Of a stretch of DNA of 64,000 nucleotides, positions 13,386 through 25,958 are shown piece by piece (within the stretch, counting starts at the first letter, position 1; the number at the start of each line of letters is the position of its first letter). Source of the stretch: Amphiscolops sp. MND2022 (lineage: Eukaryota); NCBI GenBank assembly GCA_964187785.1, contig OZ076409.1, positions 52,950,001 to 53,014,000 on the forward strand. Direction: 5' to 3'. Below the pieces are notes generated by a model. That model was not told the DNA's origin, did not search any database, and saw only the letters and a program-made list of their open reading frames with translations. The translations under genes and the position numbers were made by a program.

Positions 13386-14021
13386 GGATCTTTTCTGTTA
13401 ATTCCCCCCACTAATTTAATTCGCCACCCAAACATACCCCCCCCCCCCCCAGTTAAGCAGCTAAGAGAAATTATCATTGAATTAATAGTAACAACCAATC
13501 AAATTGCAGTATTTTATAACTCTAACTGCAACTGAAACTCATCGCTGAGGATGCGGGACAAAACAGCCGATTTTAAAACGAGACAAAACAGCCGATTTCA
13601 AAACGGGACAAAACAGCCGATTTTCAAAACGGAACAAAATGAGTGCTGTTACAGCCGATATGCATGGAACTTGGTTTATTTGAAGAGGTTCATTTGTCGC
13701 TTCGCTCCCTTCGCCAAGTAGCAACATTGAGGCATGGCCATATGGCACGTCGCTCCGCTTCGCTTCGCTCCTGCATTTAGGGCACTAGGAGTATGTGAAC
13801 ATAGCTGACTACGTTATAATAATTATTTTATTGACTGCTAATCTTAAGCATTGACAAAATCGGTGATTTTTATATTTACCAATCGGCGATTTTGTACTGT
13901 TTTAAAATCGGCTGTTTTGTCCCGTTTAAAATCGGCTGTTTTGTCCCGCTCCCCATCGCTGATAGTGGTGGGGAATTAAAATTTCTGCGCTTACTGGGGG
14001 GTTGATTAACAGAAAAGATCC
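13386..14021. mobile_element. Merlin-like MITE (TIR ggatcttttctgttaat) with nested insertion
   Basis: Inverted ends; 8-bp repeat gaactttc at 13374-13381 and 14022-14029; same family as 18382-22863. Confidence 0.75.
13549..13953. mobile_element. Mutator/foldback-like MITE with tandem-repeat TIRs (gggacaaaacagccgattttaaaac)
   Basis: Perfect 9-bp TSD catcgctga (13540-13548, 13954-13962); the site is single-copy in the sister MITE near 22720. Confidence 0.88.
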
Positions 14022-14293
14022 GAACTTTCTTATGTATGCATCCATGTGCATCAGTGCGGAACCTGCTGTAATAGCCACCCAAACTTCTACACTTCAAAAA
14101 ATTTAATAGTTAAAATGGATGATATTGAACTAAAAGTTCTCGAGTCACGATATTTCTTTCCTTTCAGTTCAAAACAGTGACTTCTTGAGTCATTAAAAAT
14201 GCCATCTTGAGGCGTGCTTGGGCCGAAGCGGATGGTGAATTCCCAAATAACATAAGAGCAAATAACATAAAAACAAAATTAGTTTCAAATAAC

Positions 14294-14797
14294 AACAAGA
14301 CGAGAACGCCTCAAGTCGGCGCTATATCTAAGGCTCAAAAAGCGCAAAACATTTTTTTTGGAAAAAAACTTGAAATTTTCGAAAAAAAAAATTTCTTTCG
14401 GAAAATGTCGCACAGTGCCGAAAAATGTAAAAGGGGGACCCTTTTTGATTTATAAACACGCATTCTGTAGCAAAATAACAAAAAACTCAAAGGGGGGACC
14501 CTTTGAGGACATTAAATAAAATTCGAAAAAAAAATCTCAGCGCCGAAAAAAAATCGAAGGGGAGGGGGGGGGGTACGAAACTTTAGTCCCGTCCGGGCTT
14601 GTATGTAACGTTGAAAAAGTAAATGAATGCGCTCCCCGTTTGCCTTTAGCGGTCCAGTAGTTTAGTACTTATTTAGTAGTTGAACGTTAATTTTAACGTT
14701 CGTCGCTTCGAGTCTGTCTTAAATTTAAAAAAAAAAGAAAAAAAACGAGTGACTGTAATAGTCGGGCTCTTTTCTTAAGAAAAGCGCCGACTAAAAA
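14294..14797 (-). mobile_element. HINE
   Basis: aacaagacgagaacgcctcaagtcggcgc ... gtcgggc..aaaagcgccgactaaaaa. Confidence 0.8.
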
Positions 14798-15700
14798 TGA
14801 AATGAGTTTCACCGAACATAAAAATAAAATTGTTTACGAGAAAGTTTTACTGGTCAAAATCATTCACAATTCCGAAGATTCACTGGAAAAGATATGAAAA
14901 TTACAAAAAAAATTTCGTGAGTTCGATTGTTTACCGGTATTCGGTTTTATTTTTATGTTATTTGAAACTAATTTCATTTTTGTTATTTGAAACTAATTTT
15001 GTTTTTGTTATTTGCTCTTGTTATTTGGTACATAATCGAAGCGGATAACCATATTTATGACTGTCAAAGGCGCGGCAATTCAAGATAAGTTTGCACAGAC
15101 AAAATGGATAGTTTAGAAGGCACGCGTACATTCTAAATGAGCCATTTTGTCTGTGCACACTTATCTTGAATCCTATAGCTCTTCTAGAGGTCAAACGAGA
15201 ATCAACCACTCCTTCTTCAAAACAACTATAGTAATGAGTATACTCATCAAGTTTACTATTTACTACCAACTAAAGTGGTTGCTTAAGATTTAATCTGATG
15301 TCATTTTCAAATAAAAATGAAAGCTACTGTTTCAGAATTGTTAGTAATCCGAAGCAACACAAAAAACTTCATTTTTTCCAAAAACATTTCTATTGTAACC
15401 ATTCGTTTGACTACTATACATTTAATAAAACTTGAAGCATAGAAACATGATCGTTAATATGCTTCATACTGTGAAAACCGGCGTCAGATGGCAGAAATAA
15501 TGTCTGAACTTTCAACGCACTTGGAGTTGGTGTCATTTTGAATCAGATTTTCGTTTGACCTGTTGGTTATTGGTTACACGTTCGTTCAAAGGTTTGGTTG
15601 TGGAAATAGTTATAATAATTCACAAAGCGATCACCAACAATATATGCAACAATAAACGACAACGTTTGAAAAAAAACACAAAAATCAATCGATTCCAGAT

Positions 15701-17312
15701 AGCACAAACTTGCCAGTTTAGTAAATAGTTTTTTTGAAAAACTTCAATGTTTGCTAGAAAAAAAACCATTTGCTAGACAATCATTTCAAATTTGAACAAA
15801 CTAACTCGCGCGTAAAAATCTCCAGATTGTTAAAAGTAATTTGTATTTCCTTGAAAAAAGTTCTCTGTAACGATGAAAGAAAAATGAATGAATTTGTTAA
15901 AATATTTTTAAAAGTTCCCCAAAATGTGACAAGAAAAGCATTTGGCGTCATTAAGGCAGTAACCGAATATCAAAATTCTAAACCGAAAATGATGGCAACC
16001 AGCTTTGAGAAAAAGTGTCGTTTGTCCGAAAAACTCATACATACACACACTAACAGTTTCATCTCACCCATTTTACAACGCCCATTATTTGAAGTTCTTG
16101 GCTTTATCAGCAACTTACCATTCTTTTGAATTTTCTGAATTCTTCCGGTTTCTCACTGTTGTTGTGTTCCTGTTAATCCTGGCATAATTTCATCATAAAA
16201 TTCTTGACATATGCTCATAAAGAAATGAGCCATATGGCTCAATATGATAGATGGAAATTTGGAACTTTTGGGTCGAAATATTACAAATTATTGGTTAAGT
16301 GGACGTTTTTTTCACTTTATACGGTTGCGCTGAAAAATTTACTGACGGCCTTAAGGAAAGTCCGTGATGAAAAGACCTGACTACTATCGTCAAATATTCC
16401 CCATGTCAATAACTAACTCTTGTTGGACCGTTTTAAAAAAAATCGAAAACATTGAATAAGAGAATGATACGCTTTGCGCAAAACTACCTTCTAGTTCCTG
16501 ATGGAAGCACAAACTTGCCAGTTTAGTAAATAGTTTTTTTGAAAAACTTCAATGTTTGCTAGAAAAAAAACCATTTGCTAGACAATCATTTCAAATTTGA
16601 ACAAACTAACTCGCGCGTAAAAATCTCCAGATTGTTAAAAGTAATTTGTATTTCCTTGAAAAAAGTTCTCTGTAACGATGAAAGAAAAATGAATGAATTT
16701 GTTAAAATATTTTTAAAAGTTCCCCAAAATGTGACAAGAAAAGCATTTGGCGTCATTAAGGCAGTAACCGAATATCAAAATTCTAAACCGAAAATGATGG
16801 CAACCAGCTTTGAGAAAAAGTGTCGTTTGTCCGAAAAACTCATACATACACACACTAACAGTTTCATCTCACCCATTTTACAACGCCCATTATTTGAAGT
16901 TCTTGGCTTTATCAGCAACTTACCATTCTTTTGAATTTTCTGAATTCTTCCGGTTTCTCACTGTTGTTGTGTTCCTGTTAATCCTGGCATAATTTCATCA
17001 TAAAATTCTTGACATATGCTCATAAAGAAATGAGCCATATGGCTCAATATGATAGATGGAAATTTGGAACTTTTGGGTCGAAATATTACAAATTATTGGT
17101 TAAGTGGACGTTTTTTTCACTTTATACGGTTGCGCTGAAAAATTTACTGACGGCCTTAAGGAAAGTCCGTGATGAAAAGACCTGACTACTATCGTCAAAT
17201 ATTCCCCATGTCAATAACTAACTCTTGTTGGACCGTTTCAAAAAAAATCGAAAACATTGAATAAGAGAATGATACGCTTTGTGCAAAACTACCTTCTAGT
17301 TCCTGATGGAAG
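15701..17312. repeat. Near-perfect 805-bp direct tandem duplication (15701-16505 / 16506-17310)
   Basis: Identical ORFs at +805 offset; only about 2 substitutions seen; ag microhomology at the junction. Confidence 0.95.
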
Positions 17313-17338
17313 TGAAAAGAGTTTGACATAAAAATTAA

Positions 17339-17938
17339 GTGCAACGACATTTGTTATCAAGCTACATTTGTTATTAAACGACATTTGTTATCATTTTTGA
17401 AAAAGCGACATTTGTTATCAAATTGAAAAAGCGACATTTGTTATCAAATCTAAACAGGCGACATTTGATATCAAATTGAAAAAGCGACATTTGTAATCAA
17501 ATCTAAAAAGGCGACATTTTTTATCAAAATGTGTCTACTATACCTGTTGTCTTTTATATATATGTTGTATGGCTCGGTCGCTTCGCTCCCTTCGCCAAGT
17601 AGCAACATTGAGGCATGGCCATATGGCACGTCGCTCCGCTTCGCTTCGCTCCTGCATTTGGGGCACTAGGGGTATGTGAACATAACTGACTATGTTATAA
17701 TAATAATTCCGACAAAATCTGACACGCGTTTTCAGCTTATTGAATTCATGGTAACAAATCTCGCCTTTTTAGATTTGATAACAAATGTCGCTTTTTCAAT
17801 TTGATAACAAATGTCGCCTTTTTAGATTTGATAACAAATGTCGCTTTTTCAATTTGATAATAAATGTCGCCTTTTAAAAAATGATAACAAATGTCGCTTG
17901 ATAACTCTTGTCGCATGATAACAAATGTCGCCTCACGC
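17339..17938. mobile_element. Foldback/Mutator-like MITE with arms of tandem gcgacatttgttatcaaa repeats
   Basis: Inverted tandem arrays at 17345-17530 and 17750-17935; 9-bp flanks aaaaattaa / aaaaattac. Confidence 0.82.
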
Positions 17939-18403
17939 AAAAATTACGAACAAATTACATGTTTAAACTGTTTCCTAAAGTAAAACACTACACCTTTTGT
18001 AATTCGTATTGAATAATCTCAACATTCAAATTGATTAATCGAATATTCAAATTGCACAGTGAAAAAAACGTTGCTAGATGAAATTCAAAACGAACAAAAA
18101 AATTTGATTGAACAAGTGTTACAATGGGTGAACATATAATACACAAACATCCTAAAATACATAATAACGTCTTTGTTTGGACACGGAGCATATGCGTCAT
18201 GCTATGGGTCTACCAGTTTTCTGCTCTTCCACTCCGCTGCTTAAATCAAGATTTTTCAATGTATCGTTTGAATTTCCTTTTGTTCAATATTATTGTTCAG
18301 AATACTCAATACGAATCACAAAAAGTGTACTACTTGTCACAGGAATTTCACTCGTCACGTAGCTACTTAAATGGAGATATCGGATCTTTTCTGTTAATTC
18401 CCC

Positions 18404-21400
18404 TGTTACGGAGATAGCAATAGTCGTCTAGACTGATAAGACAGTACCTGCCAAAAAGGACAATGTTCTGTCCTCATGCCATGAACTGTGCTACATGATA
18501 CATTCGATTTAGTTTTGTTGAGATATACAAGTTTGTTATTGATATTCATCGATTTTAATTCAACTTATATATTAGACTTTTCCCTTGTCTAATACATAGC
18601 GCAGTCATAAAAAAAACTATCAGAGAATGAGCACCGATCCAAGTATGTCCGAACAATCGGGACAATCCGAACAATCGGGAACACAAAATCAATCAACAAC
18701 GATGGAAAGAATGGAAACGAAAAAGTACAAGATCCCAATTTTATTAGACCGGGAGACAGACTTAACAAAAACCAACCCAAGAATGTGGTGGGAGCAGATA
18801 TCGGAATATATTGATCTCACATACAACAAAAACTTGGAAGACTTGATGAACCACGGATCCGAAGGTATGGATGCCCATACAATTTACCACCTAAAGGGCG
18901 ATGTCATTTGGGCTCTGGGCCCAGAAGCAAAGCACGAAATTATGAGAGGCCAGTGGGGCCGAGAGTTGAAAGACGTCAAAATTCAAGAAATACTGAAGTT
19001 ATTCAAAAAGACGTTCATATCCACCCGAAACGAATTCCACAGCAGAGCACAATTCTTTAATGTAAAGCTGAAAGACGGTGAGACACTCGATGACTACTAG
19101 AAAGATTGGTGGATATTGAGAGAAAATGTGAGTTCAACCGAATAATGCCCGAAGAAATTATCGCATACAAATTTGCAGCAACTATTAATGACAAAAAGGC
19201 CCGGGACAAATTCACCAAAGGCCCAATAAAACTACGAACCGTCCTAGAAACTATAGAACTTGACAACTATAATCGTAAGAACGGTGACAAAAAGCAAAGA
19301 AACGAAAAGTCGAAGAGGGCTTCCTCAAACAGCTCCTCCCGGAGAGAACAAGTTGCTTTCACTAAGCCCGTACGAAAGCGAAGACCGCAAGACACCGAAA
19401 GGAAAAAGCCCCCAACCCGAAATTGTCACTTCTGCGGCAAACCTAACTGGACACCGGAACATAATTGCCCTGCACGGAAATCACAGTGTAATATTTGTAA
19501 AAAGACCGGGCAATTTGCCAGGGTTTGCAAAAGCGAGACCGTGAACCGGATACATGACCAAGATGAAACAGACAGCAACACCGAGCCATGGCCTGAAGTG
19601 GACCATATTCAGTCCACCAACGGCGTCAACCGCATAGACTTCTACAAAGCAATCCCATTTGTGGAGGGACAGCCAAAAGAAATCATCATTGATACTGGAT
19701 CCCCAATCACCATTATTCCGCCGATAATCAATCCGAAGAAACTGACAAAGGCAACAAAATGTTTCGTAGACGTTAATAAAAATCCGATAAAAATCAAAAC
19801 GTAGAATTGTAGACTGGTAGAAGTCAAAACGGAAAAAGCAAAGTTCTGTTTCCAATTCTTATAACTGAGAACAAAGATACACAGCCCTTACTGGGCCTTG
19901 ACTGGTTCGATAAATTGGAAATCGGATTGCAAGGCAACCGGAATACGAATATAAGCCGGAACATAACTGTAGACGAGAAAAGCACGAAATTTCGCGACGA
20001 ATTTGAGGATCTTTTTAAAAATAACCACACGATAGAGGGCCTAAAAATCAATATCCAGTTGAAAGAAGCCGTCAAAGCCATCCAACAGAAGGGGAGACCC
20101 GTGCCAATGCACTTCCAGAACAGCGTACGGCATGAAATAGAAAAATTTGTCGAAAAAGGACATCTGGAGAAGGCAGATGGAACGACAGAAACTGCTTTAT
20201 TTCACCGGCCGTAATAACCATAAAGAAAGATAAATCGGTCAAAATAGTCTTAGACTCCAGAAAACTGAATGAATCCTGCATAAACAGAAAGGCTGCCATA
20301 CCGAACATGGAAGAATTGATCAGCAAAATTTCCCCAGAAATCACCAGAAGCAATGAGGAAATATGGATGTCGAAAAATGGCCTGGATTATGCTTACGGAC
20401 AAGCCAAATTATCCAAGGAAGCTGCAAAGCACTGTGTATTCTCCATAATCGGCGGCGACTGCACCAGCCACTACCGATTCAAGAAAGGCTTTTACGGGTT
20501 GTCGGACATTCCAACCGTCTTTCAAGAGCATATCGATAAAGTATTGGAGTTCAAAACACCAGTATGGTTAGACGACATTATCTGTGTAACGAACGGCTCT
20601 GTTAATGATCACGAACGAGAACTGCGCGAATTACTTTCCAAATATGAGAAAGCTGGATATCGTGCAAGCGAGAAGAACACGGAAATGTTCAAAAAGGAAT
20701 TGACATGCTCGGCTACTACAAAAACCAGAACGGAGTAAAGCCAATAAAAACAAACCGGAGCAATAACATAATTGGCCGCCCCGAAAAATGTGAAGGAGCT
20801 AAAGTCATTTCTGTGCTCGATTCAACACCTGTCCAAGTTCATAAACAACCTGTCCAAAAAAACAGACAGATGCAGAAATTGCTGAAGAAAGATTCCAAGT
20901 GGGAATGGACGACCGAAATAGATGATGATTTTGAGAAATTAAAGAAAGAGATCACCGAAGCACCGTGCCTGGCCCATTTTGACCCAAAGAAAGATAACTA
21001 TGTAACTACCGACGCATGCAACACTGGTTTGGGGGGCCACATTGTTGCAAAAAGAGGGGGAGGATTTTAGACCCATCGCTTTCGCTAGTAGATTTTAACC
21101 TATTGTGAGGGGAAACATGCGATTAATGAGTTGGAATTACTGGAAGCATTGTGGGGTTAGAGCTTCTTAGATACTACGTTTACGGAAAAAGAGTAAATTT
21201 GCTAACGGATCAACAAGCGTTACAGCCGTTGTTAAAAGGCAACCGAGCTCACGAACAGTATAGTGCAAGATTAACGCGTTGGCTAGACCGCTTGAGCCTC
21301 TTCGATGTGAATGTCCATACCACCGCCATTAAAAACACTGTGCTAACGGATTATCTAAGCCGCCATCCGATAGCGCACTCCGATGAGTCCGAAGTAAACA

Positions 21401-22662
21401 ACAAAACGTTCCGTCAAGAAGAGAGAGAAGCCGAAGAAGAGTTCGTCATAAATCAGGTATACGGTTTTTTTGATTTCAACCGAACAGTCGGAAGTATTAC
21501 GCAATTCATTGAACGAACGACGGCACTGCAGCAAACCGACCATCAACCCTACCATCATGCCTCCTGTTCAATTGGAAGAAAACTGTGACCAAGTACGTTT
21601 TAGCACAACCAACAGAGCTGCATGTGTTTACCATACATGACTCTGATGGAGAGATGGCTGACTACCTCGTCCTGAAAGAAAACAAGAAGAGACCTCGCTC
21701 GGTAAGCCAAAATTTTAAGCAGTACCAGTTTTACGAAAAAGAAGATAAACCCAACGCCATGAAGTGCAGGTTCAAAATTAACAAAACTCTAACAGCCGTG
21801 AAAGAAACAGGTCATACTATCACCACGGCCGACGGGAAAATAAGACATAAAAAACTAGCCTCTAACCCGTTTAAAGTTCAGCCACCAAAGAAACCGGAAG
21901 AGTCCAGGAAGCCAACCAACAGATGCCGTAGATGCGGCAAATTCAGTCAGGGTGACTTTTGCGAGACCCACAGACAGCTAATGTCAGAAAAGCTGAGACA
22001 AGACGAGGCCAGTACGAGCAAGTCCTTCCCGAAATTGCCGAGCCGTGATGCCGAAGAAGAGAGAACCGTCATCATATTCACGACGGACAGTAAGACGGCT
22101 GATGCGGAAGAAAATAGTACCGCCACGGACGAACACCCCGAAGCCGACGAGATCACGGAGATCAACGCCCCACCGCCGACCACCGTCACGGGCCGCACAC
22201 TAACGACTGAAACCCCGATGCCATCCTCACCCATCGGTTGCAGCACCGGAATCAGTACCCCGCATCAACGGATGGGACCCAATGGCCACTCCGACAAAAC
22301 CATCGGATACCGTCGCCGAATCGCCGGAAGAAATTAGAGTATATGGTAGGAGGGAGGGCCGGGTAGAATCCGCTAATAAAGACCTAGATAAAGTTTTTAA
22401 AAAAGTCCCAAGGGAAAATCAGGATGTTAGGAGTTCTAGTAGGATAAGAACCGCAAAACGGGTGGAAAAGATGGGCGGCATAGAATATTTCTGATAACAC
22501 CTAGTTGGTTCAGAGAAAGACACAACGTCACCCGGGCGCATTATGAAAGCTTTCAAGAAGCCCAAGTTGGACCAGCAAGAGAAGACCGCAGTCAAGAAAT
22601 CCTACTGATATTCATCAATTTCATTTCAACTTATTTTTTAGACTTTTCCCTAGTCTATTACA
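18404..22662 (+). mobile_element. Decayed Ty3/Gypsy LTR retrotransposon (Mag-like), 3' LTR truncated
   Basis: 5' LTR 18404-18596 (TG..CA) followed by PBS-like tagcgcagtc; last ~60 bp of the LTR recur at ~22602-22662; flanks tcccc / tccca. Confidence 0.88.
18627..22494 (+). pseudogene. Fragmented gag-pol (Gag, two Cys knuckles, protease, RT, RNase H; integrase largely deleted)
   Basis: CHFCG..HNC..CNICKKTGQF..C; IIDTGS; LLGLDW; YRFKKGFYGLSDIP..WLDDII; TTDACNTGLG; LLTDQQAL..DYLSR. Confidence 0.9.
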
Positions 22663-23513
22663 TCCCACCACAGTAAGCGCGGAAATTTCAATTCCCCACC
22701 ACTATCAGCGATGAGTTTCAGTTGCAGTTAGTGTTATAAAATACTGCAATTTGATTGGTTGTTACTATTAATTCAATGATATTTTCTCTTGGCCGCTTCA
22801 CTGGGGCGATTTAAAATTTAACTGGGATTAAATTGGTGGGGGGGGAATTTACAGAAAAGATCCGAAATACCTGATCCCGAGTTGACCTAAAAATTAGTAA
22901 ATACAATGTTTCCATATATGGAAATTAAATGCCAAAAATTAAAAAATTAAAAAAAAAAACATTTTATAATCGTGCAATGACTGAAAATTGATTATGATCT
23001 TTCTACGTTTTCGATATAAATTGGTACTTTGGTTGAGCAGCAGCCAACAACTTCAAAAACGTCAGCGGTAATTGGCTGCGTTTTGGTAATTTGCTGTGAA
23101 TGTAGAACATTCAGTCCATCAATATACCAGAATTTGGTGATTTGTTTGTTTGATTATCTTTTTCCACTTAATGGTCAGTGTATGACTGAACTGTTTCCAT
23201 ACATTACCATTTTTACTTTTTTGATCCAGATGTATTTTCTAGGAGAGATAAACTCCACAAAAGATTACTCTATGGTAGTCCAAAATAACGCTAAAAGTAC
23301 AAATGTTTCTCAAAAGTTATGATTAAATCACAGATATTTCTCGTTATATCATGATTCGAACAAGAATCGGAAAAACATCACAATAAAAAACTTGAACCAT
23401 CTCGATGTTTCTATTTTCAATGAAAAATTTCAGCATTGAAATTTATTTAAACTACAATGACGAATTTCGATGAAGCAAAAAGCAAAATGCAAAAAACTTC
23501 CGTTAACTGTTGT

Positions 23514-23827
23514 GGATCTCTTTCACTATGTCAACCCCCCTATATCACTCGTTACACTATGTCCCCCCTAGAGAGAAAGAATGTTTGTGGCTCATTTATA
23601 TTTATCTCCTATTGGCTAATCTCACATGATTCTGTCAATCAATTGATCTCGTCATAACTAACGACACTTTTTATTGGTTCTTATTATCAAAATCCTCACT
23701 CAGCCAATCAGAAGCGTTGTTAGATAAGAGCAGATCTGCGCTATTAGAATGTGCAATACATGTATTTAATAGCGTTTCATTATGTCCCCCCTTTTTGCTG
23801 TAAGGGGGGATATAGTGAAAGAGATCC
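23514..23827. mobile_element. Merlin-like MITE
   Basis: TIR ggatctctttcactat / atagtgaaagagatcc; perfect 8-bp TSD actgttgt. Confidence 0.88.
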
Positions 23828-24091
23828 ACTGTTGTAATAGGACCGATCTTCAACAAAAGATCTATAATGAAGAACGGCAGATCACTTCAGAAACCCCAAT
23901 TTTGCGCTAAATCTCTTTGCTGGAAATCACGCAAAATAACGCTGAAATCCGCTATTCTTTACGCCGTGATTTTCTGTAATTTCTGATGTCTGTCGTAAGA
24001 CAGTTGTTAAATTCAGTCGTGGCTCAGTTCCAATAGTCCTCAAGAAGGCCACCGCGGGTTAGATTTTAGCACAGCGAGATTTTGTGGTTTT

Positions 24092-24163
24092 AAATTTATG
24101 CTTCTAATTTTTCAACATGCTTGAGTTAACTCAAGTATGTTGAAAAATTAGAAGCAAAAATTT
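24092..24163. repeat. Spacerless palindrome, 72 bp, centre gttaac
   Basis: Arms are reverse complements with 2 mismatches. Confidence 0.85.
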
Positions 24164-24636
24164 TGTCGAAAAGTTAAGAGCTAAAAGCGTGCTATAAGTT
24201 TCTGGTAACTTGATACCATGAAATGACATTAATTTCGAACCAGTTTTTATGCAGTAAAAAAGTTAAGTTTCAAAGTTAATCAGGTTCTACTAGCAAAAGT
24301 CGTTGATGTGATACACACAAAGATAGACGCGTATTAACAGGATCCATAACAGTGGGTTTTTTCTTCAATTTTCTTCATCGGGAAAGTTTATTACAGCACT
24401 ACGTCGCACTGCTCTTCGAGTTTTATTTAAAGTTTTCCTGCCATAACTTGGGAAAAAAAGATTATTGAAATATGGTAATTGAAACTTATCCACACAATTA
24501 TTGAAAACGCTGAAAACAGAGAAACGACAACGTGACTGAGTTCGAAAAACAACCACTCAAGAGTAGAGCGTTCATTTCAAGTCATGTGCATTTTATAAAG
24601 ACTCACGCTTAAACTTCATCTCTTCATTCAAGTAGG

Positions 24637-25401
24637 TTCATCTAAGTACTCTCTAAAATATCGCAACCTCATAGCATAAAATGGCAAAATTCAAAACCAA
24701 ATATCTCATAAACTGTCACGAATACAAAATTTTGCCAGCTAGGAAAGTTTCTTAGAATTTTATCTAGTTTACAAAAATGTTTGTTTGAAATTTCTACGAC
24801 CATTACCAAAAAAGTTAGAAATTGCAAATTTTAGAAAATTTTAATTGAAATTTGTTTTTTCGAAAATTGAGTAACTTAGAATAAATTTTTTTGGATTTTT
24901 TTCATTGGGAAACTTCCTATAATCTCCCGAACCTACTGAATTGTTTAGATCGAGAATTTTTTTCGAATCAGAAAGAATACACTATATTTTGTGTCTATGA
25001 GCACTGAAGTACATGTATTAAGATAGGCTATAAGAATTGTATTTAGAAAATTGACGATTTTTATTTGAAATCGAAAAAGTTTTCCGATCAAATTATATCA
25101 GCATCCTCAGGAGATTTGGGGGCAAATGATTGACTGAAAATTTTTCAGAAATATATTTCAACTTTGTGAAAATCCAGAAAAAGTACAAATTTGATTAAAT
25201 TTTGTCAAAATTTCCAATTTCTAACTTTAATTTTTGTCGCAGAAATTTCAAACAAACATTTTTGTAAACTAGATAAAATTCTAAGAAACTTTGCTAGCTG
25301 ACAGTTTTTCGTATTTGTGACAGTTGTCAAGAAATTTGGATTTGAAATATGCAATTTTGAGCATCGGAGTTGCGATATTTTAGAACGTATGTCACGTATC
25401 G
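24637..25401. mobile_element. Non-autonomous element with ~180-bp diverged inverted arms (Mutator-like)
   Basis: 24652-24835 is inversely similar to 25205-25384; 9-bp direct repeat tcaagtagg at 24628-24636 and 25402-25410. Confidence 0.7.
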
Positions 25402-25412
25402 TCAAGTAGGAA

Positions 25413-25708
25413 GTGTTTTCCGGCATTGTGAGATTTCAAAAAAATCGTTTCGAAAGGTTCTCCATTTGAATTTTTTGTATTTTTGGAACCACGAGGACGC
25501 GAAGAGAACTCAAAAGATCTCGTTTTTGATTTCTTTGCAACTGCAACTGCCTCAAAACTTAAGTTTTGAGGCAGTTGCAGTTGCAAAGAAATCAAAAACG
25601 AGATCTTTTGAGTTCTCTTCGCGTCCTCGTGGTTCCAAAAATACAAAAAATTCAAATGGAGAACCTTTCGAAACGATTTTTTTGAAATCTCACAATGCCG
25701 GAAAACAC
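25413..25708. repeat. Perfect spacerless palindrome, 296 bp, centre cttaag
   Basis: Arms are exact reverse complements; the same peptide appears in the + and - ORF tracks. Confidence 0.97.
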
Positions 25709-25862
25709 CGAGAATTCTCGAAAGCTGAATCAAATTGAAGACCTTTCTCAATCTTAGGAGAGGACTTGAATCGACCACCTGAAACGTCTTGTATACCCTT
25801 CTGTTTCGTAAAACATTTCTGAATTAGTTTTTTCTGTACCCTTATATAAGTTCTGAAAGTAC

Positions 25863-25958
25863 CTTTTGTTCAAGCCTTGCTCTATGGAGCGTCTTTCGCC
25901 TTCGTCTTTCACTGACTTGTTGCGCAGATCCATAAGTGAGTCTCGTACTTCCACAAAC
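25863..25958 (-). CDS. Putative internal exon of the coiled-coil host gene (FVEVRDSLMDLRNKSVKDEGERRSIEQGLNK)
   Basis: Acceptor gtttcaaAG, donor GTactt, 96 nt (phase 2 to 2); phase-compatible with exon 1320-1545. Confidence 0.5.

Larger units (their letters stand above)
18382..22863. mobile_element. Merlin-like MITE split by a Gypsy insertion
   Basis: ggatcttttctgttaattcccc (18382-18403) plus 22663-22863 is the reverse complement of the 13386-14021 MITE without its insert; flanks gagatatc / gaaatacc. Confidence 0.8.

Noticed and set aside
15770..16934. Duplicated 119-aa gene
   Set aside because: TTG start, no recognisable motif; identity is explained by the tandem duplication.
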